Part shown: piece after piece, positions 1 to 8,246 of the stretch
Layout of the letters: every line of letters begins with the position of its first letter
Position numbering within the stretch: the first letter of the stretch is position 1
Source of the DNA: an uncultured virus (IMG/VR IMGVR_UViG_640753051_000003)
Lineage: Duplodnaviria > Heunggongvirae > Uroviricota > Caudoviricetes
Length of the DNA stretch: 33,085 bases
Virus record (IMG/VR): IMGVR_UViG_640753051_000003
Reading direction: 5' to 3' (one strand)
The notes under the pieces: model-generated
The model's database searches: none
Told to the model about the DNA's origin: nothing
What the model saw: only the letters and a program-made list of their open reading frames with translations
Made by a program: the position numbers and the translations under genes

Positions 1-1037
1 TTGTAAGCTTCTGGACTGAGTGGCTTGCCGATGGACGCGGTCCATAGTGCGTATTTATTAGTCAAATTGTTCAAAGCGTCGATAGCGGTCTGTACCATGC
101 TCTCGATGCCATCAATCACGTTCTGAGCCGTCGAATACACGATGTCGCCAAGTGCGCTCGGCAGCAGCGACCACGTGGCTTTGATCGCTTCGTATGCGCC
201 AACGAATGCACCAATGACAAAGTTCACGCCGTTCTTGGCATCTTGCACGATATCTCGCCCGAAGATCTGTGCGAGTTCGTCGCGGAAGATGTTGGCCGCC
301 GCTATCGCCGCCGTGATACCGGCGACGAATGCGACGGCAGGGTTCGCCAGAATGAAAGCTCCCGCGACAATACCAAGCTGGACTACCAATCGACCGAGCA
401 GCGCGATCAACGAGATGATGCCGCCAACGATCGCGGGCGCATAGATCAACGCTAGCGCCGCCGCAGCTGCGACGGCGTACGGTGCGATCGTTTCGAGAAC
501 GTCCGCCAAGGCGATCAGCGCCGATTGAGCGAGCTTTGCCCAATCAACCGTCTGCAGGCCAGCGGCTGCCAGCGCGATTATGCCGATCGTAAGGAGACTG
601 ACAGGCGAGAGCACCGACAAAAAGGCCGCACCTAGTCCCTGGACCGGCCTCTCCATGGATGAAAGCACCGCGGCCAACTGCGTGCCTTGCTGAAGGGCAA
701 TTTGCAGCGGACCCATCCCCATTTGCGCACTGACGGCAATGTCTTGGAATTGAGCGGCTATATTTCCAAGATTGCCGCGCGACGATGCGCGGTTCTGATT
801 GGCCGCGCGGTTCATCATCTCGATCTGTTTCGATGCCGACGCGGCGGCCGCCCCCTCGGCGGCGTAAGCCTTTGCGGCAGCAGAAGCCGCACCAGTTGCT
901 CCACGATTTGCCCCAGACAGCCCGTTTGCGGCTGCTTCTGCGCGGGCGGCCGCTCCCGTCAGCTGATTGAGGGCGTCGGCCCCCTTCTCGACGGAGCCAC
1001 TTTCAACCTGCAGTCCGAGCGTAGCGACATCTGCCAT
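1..1037 (-). CDS. Tail tape measure protein, N-terminal part (runs off the window edge)
   Basis: Manual translation MADVATLGLQVESGSVEKGADALNQL...NIAAQFQDIAVSAQMGMGPLQIALQQGTQL is an Ala-rich tape-measure motif; AAGGA RBS; lies downstream of the tail chaperones; absent from the ORF track because it has no stop in the window. Confidence 0.92.
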   Translation of the reverse strand, partial: MADVATLGLQVESGSVEKGADALNQLTGAAARAEAAANGLSGANRGATGAASAAAKAYAAEGAAAASASKQIEMMNRAANQNRASSRGNLGNIAAQFQDIAVSAQMGMGPLQIALQQGTQLAAVLSSMERPVQGLGAAFLSVLSPVSLLTIGIIALAAAGLQTVDWAKLAQSALIALADVLETIAPYAVAAAAALALIYAPAIVGGIISLIALLGRLVVQLGIVAGAFILANPAVAFVAGITAAIAAANIFRDELAQIFGRDIVQDAKNGVNFVIGAFVGAYEAIKATWSLLPSALGDIVYSTAQNVIDGIESMVQTAIDALNNLTNKYALWTASIGKPLSPEAY

Positions 1038-1097
1038 GGCTTTTCCTTTTTTAAGAACGTGGGCTATCGTCATGCCGATTCAATCGGAGGACGATCC

Positions 1098-1493
1098 ATG
1101 CGTATTGTTGTCGGCTTCAGTTTGTGGATAGCCCTAGGAGCCGGACAGGCTAACGCAGCGTGCAATGCCGACCTTCTTTCAGTGGGTGATTGGTCGGCGC
1201 GGCGGCTCGACGATGGGAACATGGAGGTCCAGATCATCGTGAAATCAAACGCTCCGAAACCTATCCGGATGCTCGATGCCGATTTCGGGTTTAAAGATGC
1301 TCTTGGCGGGCACGTTGCGGCGGACGCATTCGAGCGTGACATTGAAATTCCCGCCAGTGGATCCGCAACTACGGTTAAGAAATGGCCGCTGACCTTCGAG
1401 CGGCTTCTAAAGCTGAAGCGCGAAGAAGTCGCAGCATACGCTTGCGTTCGCGCCGTCCTCTACGAAGACGGCACCAAGGAAGAGTTCAAGTGA
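1098..1493 (+). CDS. Hypothetical exported protein (moron, 131 aa)
   Basis: GGAGG RBS; MRIVVGFSLWIALGAGQANA signal peptide; two Cys; opposite strand to the tail operon. Confidence 0.8.
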   Translation: MRIVVGFSLWIALGAGQANAACNADLLSVGDWSARRLDDGNMEVQIIVKSNAPKPIRMLDADFGFKDALGGHVAADAFERDIEIPASGSATTVKKWPLTFERLLKLKREEVAAYACVRAVLYEDGTKEEFK

Positions 1494-1579
1494 TCGGAGG
1501 CGGCGCAGCCGCCCCGCCAAGGGACTACGCGGAAGCTCGTATCTCAGCTGGACAACCAAGTATGGGGGGGAGCGAGCGC

Positions 1580-1954
1580 TCAAGCGCTCGCTTCTCGCAC
1601 CTTTATCGCCTCGCATTCTTTCTCGAATTCGAAGCAAAACCGAGCGTCCATCGCCCTCATGGTGGCGACTTCCTCGCGGCGAATGATATTGCCAGTCAAC
1701 TGACACCAGAATGCCAGTTCGCCGTTCGAGATGGGAACGGGACCGGAGAACCCCGGGGGCTGCGCCTGCCGAAGCTCCCAGAACCAATCCCAGAGGAAGG
1801 CGCCGTTATCCGGCACCTCCGCTTCCGGGCTTTCGATCTCAAAGCTCTCGTTGCGCTTGCGCCGGGTCTCGCCATCCTTGTCCTTGACGCTGTCGTAGCG
1901 CGCGACAATCGCTACGGCTTCGCAGAGCCTTTCGCCAAGCTCTTCGTAAAATTT
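1580..1954 (-). CDS. Tail assembly chaperone, frameshift extension (gpT-like part of gpGT)
   Basis: The -1 frame is open from the slippery site at 1948-1954 (FYEELGERLCEAV...) into the 1580..1816 ORF (LWDWFWEL...PIS..E...W...). Confidence 0.82.
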   Translation of the reverse strand, partial: KFYEELGERLCEAVAIVARYDSVKDKDGETRRKRNESFEIESPEAEVPDNGAFLWDWFWELRQAQPPGFSGPVPISNGELAFWCQLTGNIIRREEVATMRAMDARFCFEFEKECEAIKVREASA

Positions 1955-2313
1955 GCGCGGTCCTCCGAAGCGGTGGCGACCTGGTCATAGATCCAGGCGG
2001 CTTCCTCAAGGACCTCGCGCGCCTTTTCGAAAGTGCACTCCGGCTTTTCACCCTTCCAGTTGTGATCGCCCCAGTCCCAGGACGCGACGGAGGCTGCCGC
2101 CTTGTCGAGGTACTCGGCCTCAACCTTGCTGGCCGTAAGCTTCTTCTTCCGGCTCGCGAGGAATTTGTCGCTATGCTGCCGGACCACGCGCTTCACCGCA
2201 TCGCTCTCCGCGGAGCGGATCATGAAGCGAATACCCACGAGTTCATCGGTATCCGGTCCCGCGAGGTTGAGCTCGAAAAGGTCTTCAGAATTGACGAGTT
2301 TGGAAATGTCCAA
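1912..2313 (-). CDS. Tail assembly chaperone (gpG-like)
   Basis: Lies between tail tube and tape measure genes; ends shortly after the A-AAT-TTT slippery heptamer. Confidence 0.85.
   Translation of the reverse strand: MDISKLVNSEDLFELNLAGPDTDELVGIRFMIRSAESDAVKRVVRQHSDKFLASRKKKLTASKVEAEYLDKAAASVASWDWGDHNWKGEKPECTFEKAREVLEEAAWIYDQVATASEDRANFTKSLAKGSAKP
1948..1954 (-). other. Programmed -1 ribosomal frameshift heptamer AAATTTT
   Basis: GCA AAT TTT ACG fits X XXY YYZ; the -1 frame joins the downstream ORF. Confidence 0.85.
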
Positions 2314-2327
2314 GGGTCACCTATCGA

Positions 2328-2813
2328 TTACGGGATTGCAGTGGGATTAACGCGGATCGGCAGTTGGTTGAGGCCGATCGTGAAGCGCTCGAGCTCGAAG
2401 TCGTCGGAGCCGCCACCCGGATAAAGCGGGCCAGACACGACGCCACGGCTATAGAAGATCGTGTTCGTGAACCCCTCGCCGCCATCGTTGCGCTCGACCT
2501 TTATTGCCATGTTGTCGAGGTTCAGAGGATTGCCGAAGGTTCGCAGGATGACCTGGCCTGCATCGTCATGCACTGAGGCGACCTCGATCTGTGGATCACC
2601 GGCATTCGCGGTGCCCTTCTGTTTCTGGGTAACCGGCTCATCGAGCGTGTTGTAGCTGTTCATCGTCGACTCGGCGCCGAAATCACCGATATTGCCGACC
2701 TTGCCAACCTGCACCCAGGTTAGCGCTGCATAGGCGGACTCGATTAGATCGGTATTCTGGGCAGTGGCGCAGACATAAACCTTGCTGCCCTTCTTCGTTG
2801 CCTTGTTTGCCAT
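2328..2813 (-). CDS. Major tail tube protein
   Basis: MANKATKKGSKVYVCAT...LTWVQVGKVGNIGDFG...KQKGTANAG; position after the tail terminator; GGAG RBS. Confidence 0.85.
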   Translation of the reverse strand: MANKATKKGSKVYVCATAQNTDLIESAYAALTWVQVGKVGNIGDFGAESTMNSYNTLDEPVTQKQKGTANAGDPQIEVASVHDDAGQVILRTFGNPLNLDNMAIKVERNDGGEGFTNTIFYSRGVVSGPLYPGGGSDDFELERFTIGLNQLPIRVNPTAIP

Positions 2814-2814
2814 G

Positions 2815-3240
2815 TCAGTTCTCCGGTTCGAAGGCGATGTATGGAATGGTGACGGGGATCTGCACCCGTTCACCCTCTTGGAGCGGGCCTGCCGCCCATG
2901 GCTCGCTGCTGATCGTGATCTTCACGCCAGAGGCGAATAGGGTTTGGTTCTTGAAATGATCAATCACTTGGTCGGCGACATCGAGAGCGCCGATGATCCC
3001 TTGCCCGACCGGCCAAACGACCGAGACCTGAAATAGTCCGCGCTTCTGTTGCGGGTCGTTGCCCATGGTGATCTGACGTGTCTGGTTGGGCAGGAACGCC
3101 AATCGAAGGTATTTCGGCGGCAGCGGCTGCCCTGCCGCCGGAAACACGACGTTCGGCGCGGCTATCGGCAGCACACCGGGCAATGCTAAGAGGCGGTCTG
3201 TCACCGCCTTGAAGATGATTGCGTCGGTGCCTGCCGCCAT
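2815..3240 (-). CDS. Tail terminator-like protein (DUF4128 type)
   Basis: IAAPNVVF.P...YLR...GLFQVSVVWP.GQG...VTIPY pattern; gene order. Confidence 0.8.
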   Translation of the reverse strand: MAAGTDAIIFKAVTDRLLALPGVLPIAAPNVVFPAAGQPLPPKYLRLAFLPNQTRQITMGNDPQQKRGLFQVSVVWPVGQGIIGALDVADQVIDHFKNQTLFASGVKITISSEPWAAGPLQEGERVQIPVTIPYIAFEPEN

Positions 3241-3253
3241 GTATCCGTTACCT

Positions 3254-3496
3254 ATGTCTGAGAAGCCGCCTCTCACTGACGATCAGGTCTATGAGCGCAT
3301 CCATGCGGCGCTGCTCGCGTTGGGGCGCGAGACAGCGGCGACGGTTCGAGGCGAAACTAGTTTAAAAGCTGCACGGAAGGCTCTGACATTGCTGCAGCTT
3401 GGCCTTCTGTCGGCGATCGAGCAAAGCAAAGACAGGAACCGAGCCGTCAAAGCCCCAGACGGGCCTTCAGGTCCGAGGCCTTCCGCTCCACAATGA
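3254..3496 (+). CDS. Hypothetical small helical protein (moron, about 80 aa)
   Basis: MSEKPPLTDDQVYERIHAALLALG... fills the gap between two tail genes on the opposite strand; no clear RBS. Confidence 0.55.
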   Translation: MSEKPPLTDDQVYERIHAALLALGRETAATVRGETSLKAARKALTLLQLGLLSAIEQSKDRNRAVKAPDGPSGPRPSAPQ

Positions 3497-3893
3497 GCGG
3501 CCAATTCTGAGCGGCGAGCCTGACGAAGCCGTCAGCCGGCTGACCGTTAGCCCCGTACTCTCGGTGACCAGCATACGAAGCGGTGTACCCGAAATAGAGC
3601 GTATCTCCGATGTCCGCTCCAGCGATGACTGCCTCGATCTGCCCGAAGTCAGCAGCATAGGATCCGCCCGCCACCGGATTGACCGAGGCATTGATTGCTG
3701 GCATCGAAGTGGACGACGCAAGCAGTGACGCTCTCAAAAATCCTGTGTCTACGCGCATTCGGCCGCCTTGCCCGATCGGCTTCTGCATTTCTTCGACGAC
3801 CTCGTGTGTCGCCTCCTTGAAGATGGCTTCGACTGCACCCTCGACCTTGTCAGCCCACTGCGCCACGGCAGCGCTAAAGGAGAGCGTTGCCAT
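3447..3893 (-). CDS. HK97 gp10-family neck/tail completion protein
   Basis: RVDTGFLRAS and YA..REYG...A.GFVR motifs; TGATG coupling to the upstream gene. Confidence 0.85.
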   Translation of the reverse strand: MATLSFSAAVAQWADKVEGAVEAIFKEATHEVVEEMQKPIGQGGRMRVDTGFLRASLLASSTSMPAINASVNPVAGGSYAADFGQIEAVIAGADIGDTLYFGYTASYAGHREYGANGQPADGFVRLAAQNWPLIVERKASDLKARLGL

Positions 3894-4930
3894 CATACGA
3901 CCTCTGCCCGGTACCGGCGCACAACCGCACCGATGTGATCCACCTTGTATTCGAGCCTGCACCGGCAGCCGGAAATCTCCGATATCGGCGCGCGCGGGTC
4001 GCCCGGGAACCGGAGAAGCGCGCCAGATGGGCTCTGAAATACCTCATCCATCCCGACGCTCTTGCCGTTGAGGACACGATGGGTGTGCCGCACACGGCTG
4101 TCGCCGGCGGACCGCCATACCTTCGTGATATCCCGTGCTTCGACCTTGCCTGCCTCGATCTGCTGCCGCATTGTCTCGTCGCGGGCGGAGCTGAGCGCCA
4201 TCATCGTTTCGGTCCGCGCCAACATCTCGCCGCGGAGAAGCAGGTTCTTGTCGCGCAACCGGCCAACTATCTTGGTGAGGGCCTCGCCGGTGACCGGCTT
4301 GCCCGCCCTAACCGCGGCCATGACGGTCCTGTCGAAGCGCTTGTCGCGCGTCTTGAGCTCGAAGTACCGGTTCATCTGCTCCGCGTCGCCGGAAGCAAGA
4401 TGCAGGCGCGCCCGCTCGATGAACTCTATCTGGTATCGGGTCAGACCGATCACACCGCCCTCTCGGCGGCCGGTGACACGGCTCTGCCGGCCGACAACAT
4501 CGAGTGCAGTCAATCTCGGGCTGGCGCCTCTGGCAAGCCCCTGCTCCAGCGCCTGGCGGATGCCCTGCCGCTGGTCATCGGTGATGTGCGTGACCATCGT
4601 CGAGGATAGGTGTCGCAGGATCGCCTCGGCAGCAGGGTTGCGGACGCCGAAACGCCAAATCACGCGATTGCCCTGTGGGTCCATGACCTTCGGCAACTCG
4701 CCGACAGCATTGGTGCCGCCGGCGTTGAATGCCTCCTGCAGCGCGATTTCAAGCGCGGAGAACGCCTCGGGCTCGATTTGCATGGCCTCAACAGCACCGT
4801 TAACGTCACCACGATCGAGACGCTCGACCACGCGGGCGAGAACAGCCGTCGACTTGATCGTCTCGATCGCTTCTCGAAATGCCGCGGCAAGGCGCGGCTC
4901 ATAGGTGGACAGCAACTCGTCCAATGTCAT
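3893..4930 (-). CDS. Minor head/head morphogenesis protein (Mu F / SPP1 gp7 family)
   Basis: ARTET...KVWRSAGDSRVRHTH...FPGDP...GCRC motifs. Confidence 0.9.
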   Translation of the reverse strand: MTLDELLSTYEPRLAAAFREAIETIKSTAVLARVVERLDRGDVNGAVEAMQIEPEAFSALEIALQEAFNAGGTNAVGELPKVMDPQGNRVIWRFGVRNPAAEAILRHLSSTMVTHITDDQRQGIRQALEQGLARGASPRLTALDVVGRQSRVTGRREGGVIGLTRYQIEFIERARLHLASGDAEQMNRYFELKTRDKRFDRTVMAAVRAGKPVTGEALTKIVGRLRDKNLLLRGEMLARTETMMALSSARDETMRQQIEAGKVEARDITKVWRSAGDSRVRHTHRVLNGKSVGMDEVFQSPSGALLRFPGDPRAPISEISGCRCRLEYKVDHIGAVVRRYRAEVV

Positions 4931-5075
4931 GCGGTTGCCTTTCGCAGAACTGCTTCCAAGTACCTAATGCCAACCTGCAGGCGGAGTAATGGCCGCTTCT
5001 TGGCTCCCGAAATTGCTCAGCGAGACGTGCCAGCCATGCTATAGAAGGCTCTGCTAATACACTGAGGCTGGCTCA

Positions 5076-5168
5076 ATGAAGAAGTACTCGGCTCCGATCA
5101 TCGTCGGTACCGCGTTACTCATCCTGGTCTGCGTCTACGTCTACATGTTTGTTGCCTACCAGCCGTGA
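5076..5168 (+). CDS. 30-aa single-pass membrane micropeptide MKKYSAPIIVGTALLILVCVYVYMFVAYQP
   Basis: GAGG RBS; basic N-terminus plus a hydrophobic helix; lies in an intergenic gap. Confidence 0.6.
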   Translation: MKKYSAPIIVGTALLILVCVYVYMFVAYQP

Positions 5169-5230
5169 GATCAGGTTGTGCATCGCGGGGTGGTCCTTCG
5201 AGAAGGACCAGGCGCTGGCAAAACGCATAC

Positions 5231-5596
5231 TCACTGTGCCAGTCTCCCATGCACGATGAAAACCACCGGCGTGATGCCGTCATATTTGTTGGGGTCGCCA
5301 GCAACGATGGTGTAATCCGCCCCGTTGGCGGTGACGATGTCGCCGACCGTCGGCTCGATCGAGAGACCGACCGCCGATATGTAAATCTGCATGTCGCCGT
5401 TCTGGATGACCGTTCCGTCGATGTAGCGGGCCTCGTAGGCCATCGGCACCAGCGTGGCTGGATAGGACGTCACAACTGGCTCGCCCCCATAGACAGGATC
5501 CGGAGACGTCACGCGCTTCACCGCACCGGCTTGCCCATACTTGGCGATGAGACACTGCGCCGTCGCCTGCAGGCGTGCATAGATTGGGTTCGCCAT
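5231..5596 (-). CDS. Head closure / head-tail joining protein
   Basis: LIAKYG...YIDGTVIQNGD pattern; GGAGG RBS; gene order. Confidence 0.75.
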   Translation of the reverse strand: MANPIYARLQATAQCLIAKYGQAGAVKRVTSPDPVYGGEPVVTSYPATLVPMAYEARYIDGTVIQNGDMQIYISAVGLSIEPTVGDIVTANGADYTIVAGDPNKYDGITPVVFIVHGRLAQ

Positions 5597-5675
5597 CCTC
5601 CGCCCTTTCTTTTCGAGAGCTCAGCCATATTTACGCCTTCATGCCGCAAGGCTCTTTTTTCAAGGATCGGGGGAC

Positions 5676-5837
5676 ATGTCCGCCGCAATCAGCATCCTCG
5701 TCACAATTCTTTTCGTCGTCGTGGTGCTCTATCTCGTGCAGAAGCTTCCAATCGACTCTACGATGAAGCAGATGGCCCAGATGGTCGTTCTAATCGTCGG
5801 TGCAGTTTCGTTGCTCATATCTCTGGGCGTGTTCTGA
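5676..5837 (+). CDS. 53-aa two-helix membrane protein (Thivi_2564-like)
   Basis: MSAAISILVTILFVVVVLYLVQKLPIDSTMKQMAQMVVLIVGAVSLLISLGVF; GGGGG RBS; LYL...LPID...K signature. Confidence 0.75.
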   Translation: MSAAISILVTILFVVVVLYLVQKLPIDSTMKQMAQMVVLIVGAVSLLISLGVF

Positions 5838-5846
5838 CCGGGATAG

Positions 5847-6341
5847 CTACACCACCAATGCACCCGGCCAGACTGGCGGCAGGAATGGCCAGAGGAGCCC
5901 CTCGATCGTGGTGACGACAGGCGTGGCGAGCGCGACGACATCTTCGATATCCGTTGAAGAAGAGGATGAATACTCGACCTCAAGCTGTCCAATCTTCTCG
6001 CGCTTCACCGTTTGCGATCCGGTGACGACCGGCGAAAGGCTGCCCGGGTTGGTCAACTCAAGGAAGGCCGCCTCGTAGGAAGCATTGACGATGGCGACGG
6101 GGATTTCACTCGAAGGAATAGCCTCGCCGTAGTAGGTCGTGGCGCCGGTGCGCGGCCATGCGCGCTCCTGAGTGTATCCGCCGCTGCGCCGGCCGCTGAA
6201 CTTCGGCTCATACCGATCGATCACAAGAAAACCCCGCTGACGTGCGGCGGTCTTCTGGGCATCGGTCGTGCCATCGGGAAAGACATAGCCGGCTTCGGTT
6301 GCGTACGCCGTGAAGCCGTCGTTCGTGCCGTATCCAGCCAT
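5847..6341 (-). CDS. Head-tail adaptor (DnaT-like family)
   Basis: F.G.R.....Q.RAWPR...IP.AI..A.YEAA..EL...REKIG.LEVEY pattern. Confidence 0.8.
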   Translation of the reverse strand: MAGYGTNDGFTAYATEAGYVFPDGTTDAQKTAARQRGFLVIDRYEPKFSGRRSGGYTQERAWPRTGATTYYGEAIPSSEIPVAIVNASYEAAFLELTNPGSLSPVVTGSQTVKREKIGQLEVEYSSSSSTDIEDVVALATPVVTTIEGLLWPFLPPVWPGALVV

Positions 6342-6371
6342 GTCAATCTCCGATGGAATAGAACCTGGCGC

Positions 6372-6827
6372 CTAGGCGCCAGGCTTGGTTGCCAGATCTT
6401 CGAGGGCGGCGACGATCTCGTCCTTCTTTGCCGGCGTCTTGTCGCCGAGAAGCTTGGACGCCGCCGACTTGAAGGACATGAACTGCACGTTCGGGTCGTT
6501 TGCCATTGCCAGGACTTCGGCGGCCGTCTTCGGCTGATCGTCCTGGGCCTTAAGCTTCGCCAGTTCGGCATCGCGCTCCGCCAGCTGGGCGCGGAGGCGA
6601 TCGAGTTCGGCGTCGACGTTCTGGGCGGCGTCGTTCAAGGCCGGCGCCGCGGTGACGCCGGGATTGTCGGTATAGTCGCCTTCGACTTCGAACCACTTAG
6701 ACGCTTTGATATGCGCCTTCTCGCGGGCGAAGATCTCGACCTCGACGGTCTGGCCCGGCTCGACGAGAACCGGACCATTGACTGTGTTGATGCCGCGCGG
6801 GCCTGGCTGGGTGTTGGTGATCTTCAT
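6372..6827 (-). CDS. Hypothetical virion-associated protein
   Basis: GGAGG RBS; directly after the capsid gene; phage-like codon use. Confidence 0.8.
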   Translation of the reverse strand: MKITNTQPGPRGINTVNGPVLVEPGQTVEVEIFAREKAHIKASKWFEVEGDYTDNPGVTAAPALNDAAQNVDAELDRLRAQLAERDAELAKLKAQDDQPKTAAEVLAMANDPNVQFMSFKSAASKLLGDKTPAKKDEIVAALEDLATKPGA

Positions 6828-6840
6828 GATCTGATCCTCC

Positions 6841-7794
6841 TCAGATGCCGTCGAGGTAGCGGACAGCCTTCGGGCGGCGGATGTCGACGCCGCCGAGACG
6901 GAAGATGCCCGGAACGTCGAACTTGATCGGGCCCGTCTGCCAAGGCTGCAGGAACCGGAACGGCATCGGCATGTGCATCTTCAGCACCTCGGGCGAGCGG
7001 CGGTAAGCAACCATGCGCTTGGTGCTGCCCGCGCCGGCCGTGTCGAGGAACCCGAACACGCCGCGGATGGTGAGCGGCTGGCCCGTGGTACGGGTGTAGA
7101 TGTTGTTCCGCTCGATCCATTCGAGGATGGTCGTCTGATTGACGGCATCGATCCGGCGGGTCGAGAGATCGAGAAGCACCGAATAAGGCAGGAGCAGCGT
7201 ATCCGCGATCTCCGCGCCAAGCGTGCCGGTGAAGATGCCGGTGAGCTGGCCGTTGATATCGCGGAGGATCTGGTCCGGCGTCTTGCTGGCGAAGGTCGTT
7301 GCCGAGCTGGCACCGTCGGCGGGCGCCGTCGTTGCCGTCGGCATCGAAGAGTTCACCAGACCGGAGAAGCCCTTGCCGGTATCGCCGACGAAGGCGACCT
7401 GATCGATCTTCTCCTCGGCGATGCGACGTGCCGAAGAGGCCTTCTCGCTGGTCAGGTTCATGCCGAGCAGCTGAGCGGTGCCCAGTTCCTCGAGCGTGTA
7501 GCCATAGCCGATCGCGGCCATGCTGACGGTCGTCTCGAACTTCTCGCGGGTCAGTTCGACCTTCGGCACGTCGTGCGCCAGGCCGGAGAACCACTGCGCC
7601 TGGCCGACAGAGTCCATCGAGAAGTAGGTGACGGACTGAATCCATTCCGGCGCCGAAGTGTCGACCGGGATGAGGCTCGGATACTGAATATCCTGATACT
7701 TCATCGCGTAGACCGTCGGCTCGATCAGCGAGGCCTGACGGATAAGGAAGCTCATCGCGACCTGCTGAGCGTCATGAGTGATAATTGCGTTCAT
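6841..7794 (-). CDS. Major capsid protein (DUF2184 type, HK97 fold)
   Basis: IEPTVY..KY....Y..LIPV...GYGYT.EEL...R.GGVDIRRP.A.RY.DGI; start at MNAII with AGGAG RBS. Confidence 0.92.
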   Translation of the reverse strand: MNAIITHDAQQVAMSFLIRQASLIEPTVYAMKYQDIQYPSLIPVDTSAPEWIQSVTYFSMDSVGQAQWFSGLAHDVPKVELTREKFETTVSMAAIGYGYTLEELGTAQLLGMNLTSEKASSARRIAEEKIDQVAFVGDTGKGFSGLVNSSMPTATTAPADGASSATTFASKTPDQILRDINGQLTGIFTGTLGAEIADTLLLPYSVLLDLSTRRIDAVNQTTILEWIERNNIYTRTTGQPLTIRGVFGFLDTAGAGSTKRMVAYRRSPEVLKMHMPMPFRFLQPWQTGPIKFDVPGIFRLGGVDIRRPKAVRYLDGI

Positions 7795-7808
7795 CGAGAT
7801 CGCTCCTG

Positions 7809-8246
7809 TTAGCCGAGTCGAAGAGCAGCGAGACCGGCACCTGCGGTGCTGGTATCCCACTGAGCATTCGGGATGAGGGTGTTACCCGTCGAGACGTTGG
7901 TGAGAACGCCGGTCGCGGGGATGTAATAGACGGCATCGCCGACAGCGACCGCGACGGAGGCCTGTACGACGATGACGCCCTTCTTCATGACGGCGACGTT
8001 GTCGTACTGGTCGTACTTGCCGCTTGGTCGCGTAGTGTCGAGAACGGCAATGCCGGCGAACTTGGCGGTTGCTTCGGAGTCGACAACCTGGTTGTCGGCG
8101 GTGCCCTGAACGCAAACCTTGCCGAAGCCGATGCCCTCGACGTCCTCAGCGAGGCGCGTGACGACGACTGAAGGCTCCATGTTGAGGTTCATGCCCTCGA
8201 TCCAGCGGGCGTGCGTGGCGCTATAAGTGGTCTGAATTGCAGGCAT
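7809..8246 (-). CDS. Capsid decoration/cement protein
   Basis: IGFG..V.QG...FAGIAV...VAVMKKG.I.V...V..GD.VY; lies between scaffold and capsid genes. Confidence 0.8.
   Translation of the reverse strand: MPAIQTTYSATHARWIEGMNLNMEPSVVVTRLAEDVEGIGFGKVCVQGTADNQVVDSEATAKFAGIAVLDTTRPSGKYDQYDNVAVMKKGVIVVQASVAVAVGDAVYYIPATGVLTNVSTGNTLIPNAQWDTSTAGAGLAALRLG

Noticed and set aside
687..1097. N-terminal extension of the 687..1493 ORF
   Set aside because: Antisense shadow of the tape measure gene; the real start is 1098 with RBS and signal peptide
6841..7794. Encapsulin/linocin bacteriocin
   Set aside because: Sits in a complete head module after the protease and decoration genes, so it is the capsid
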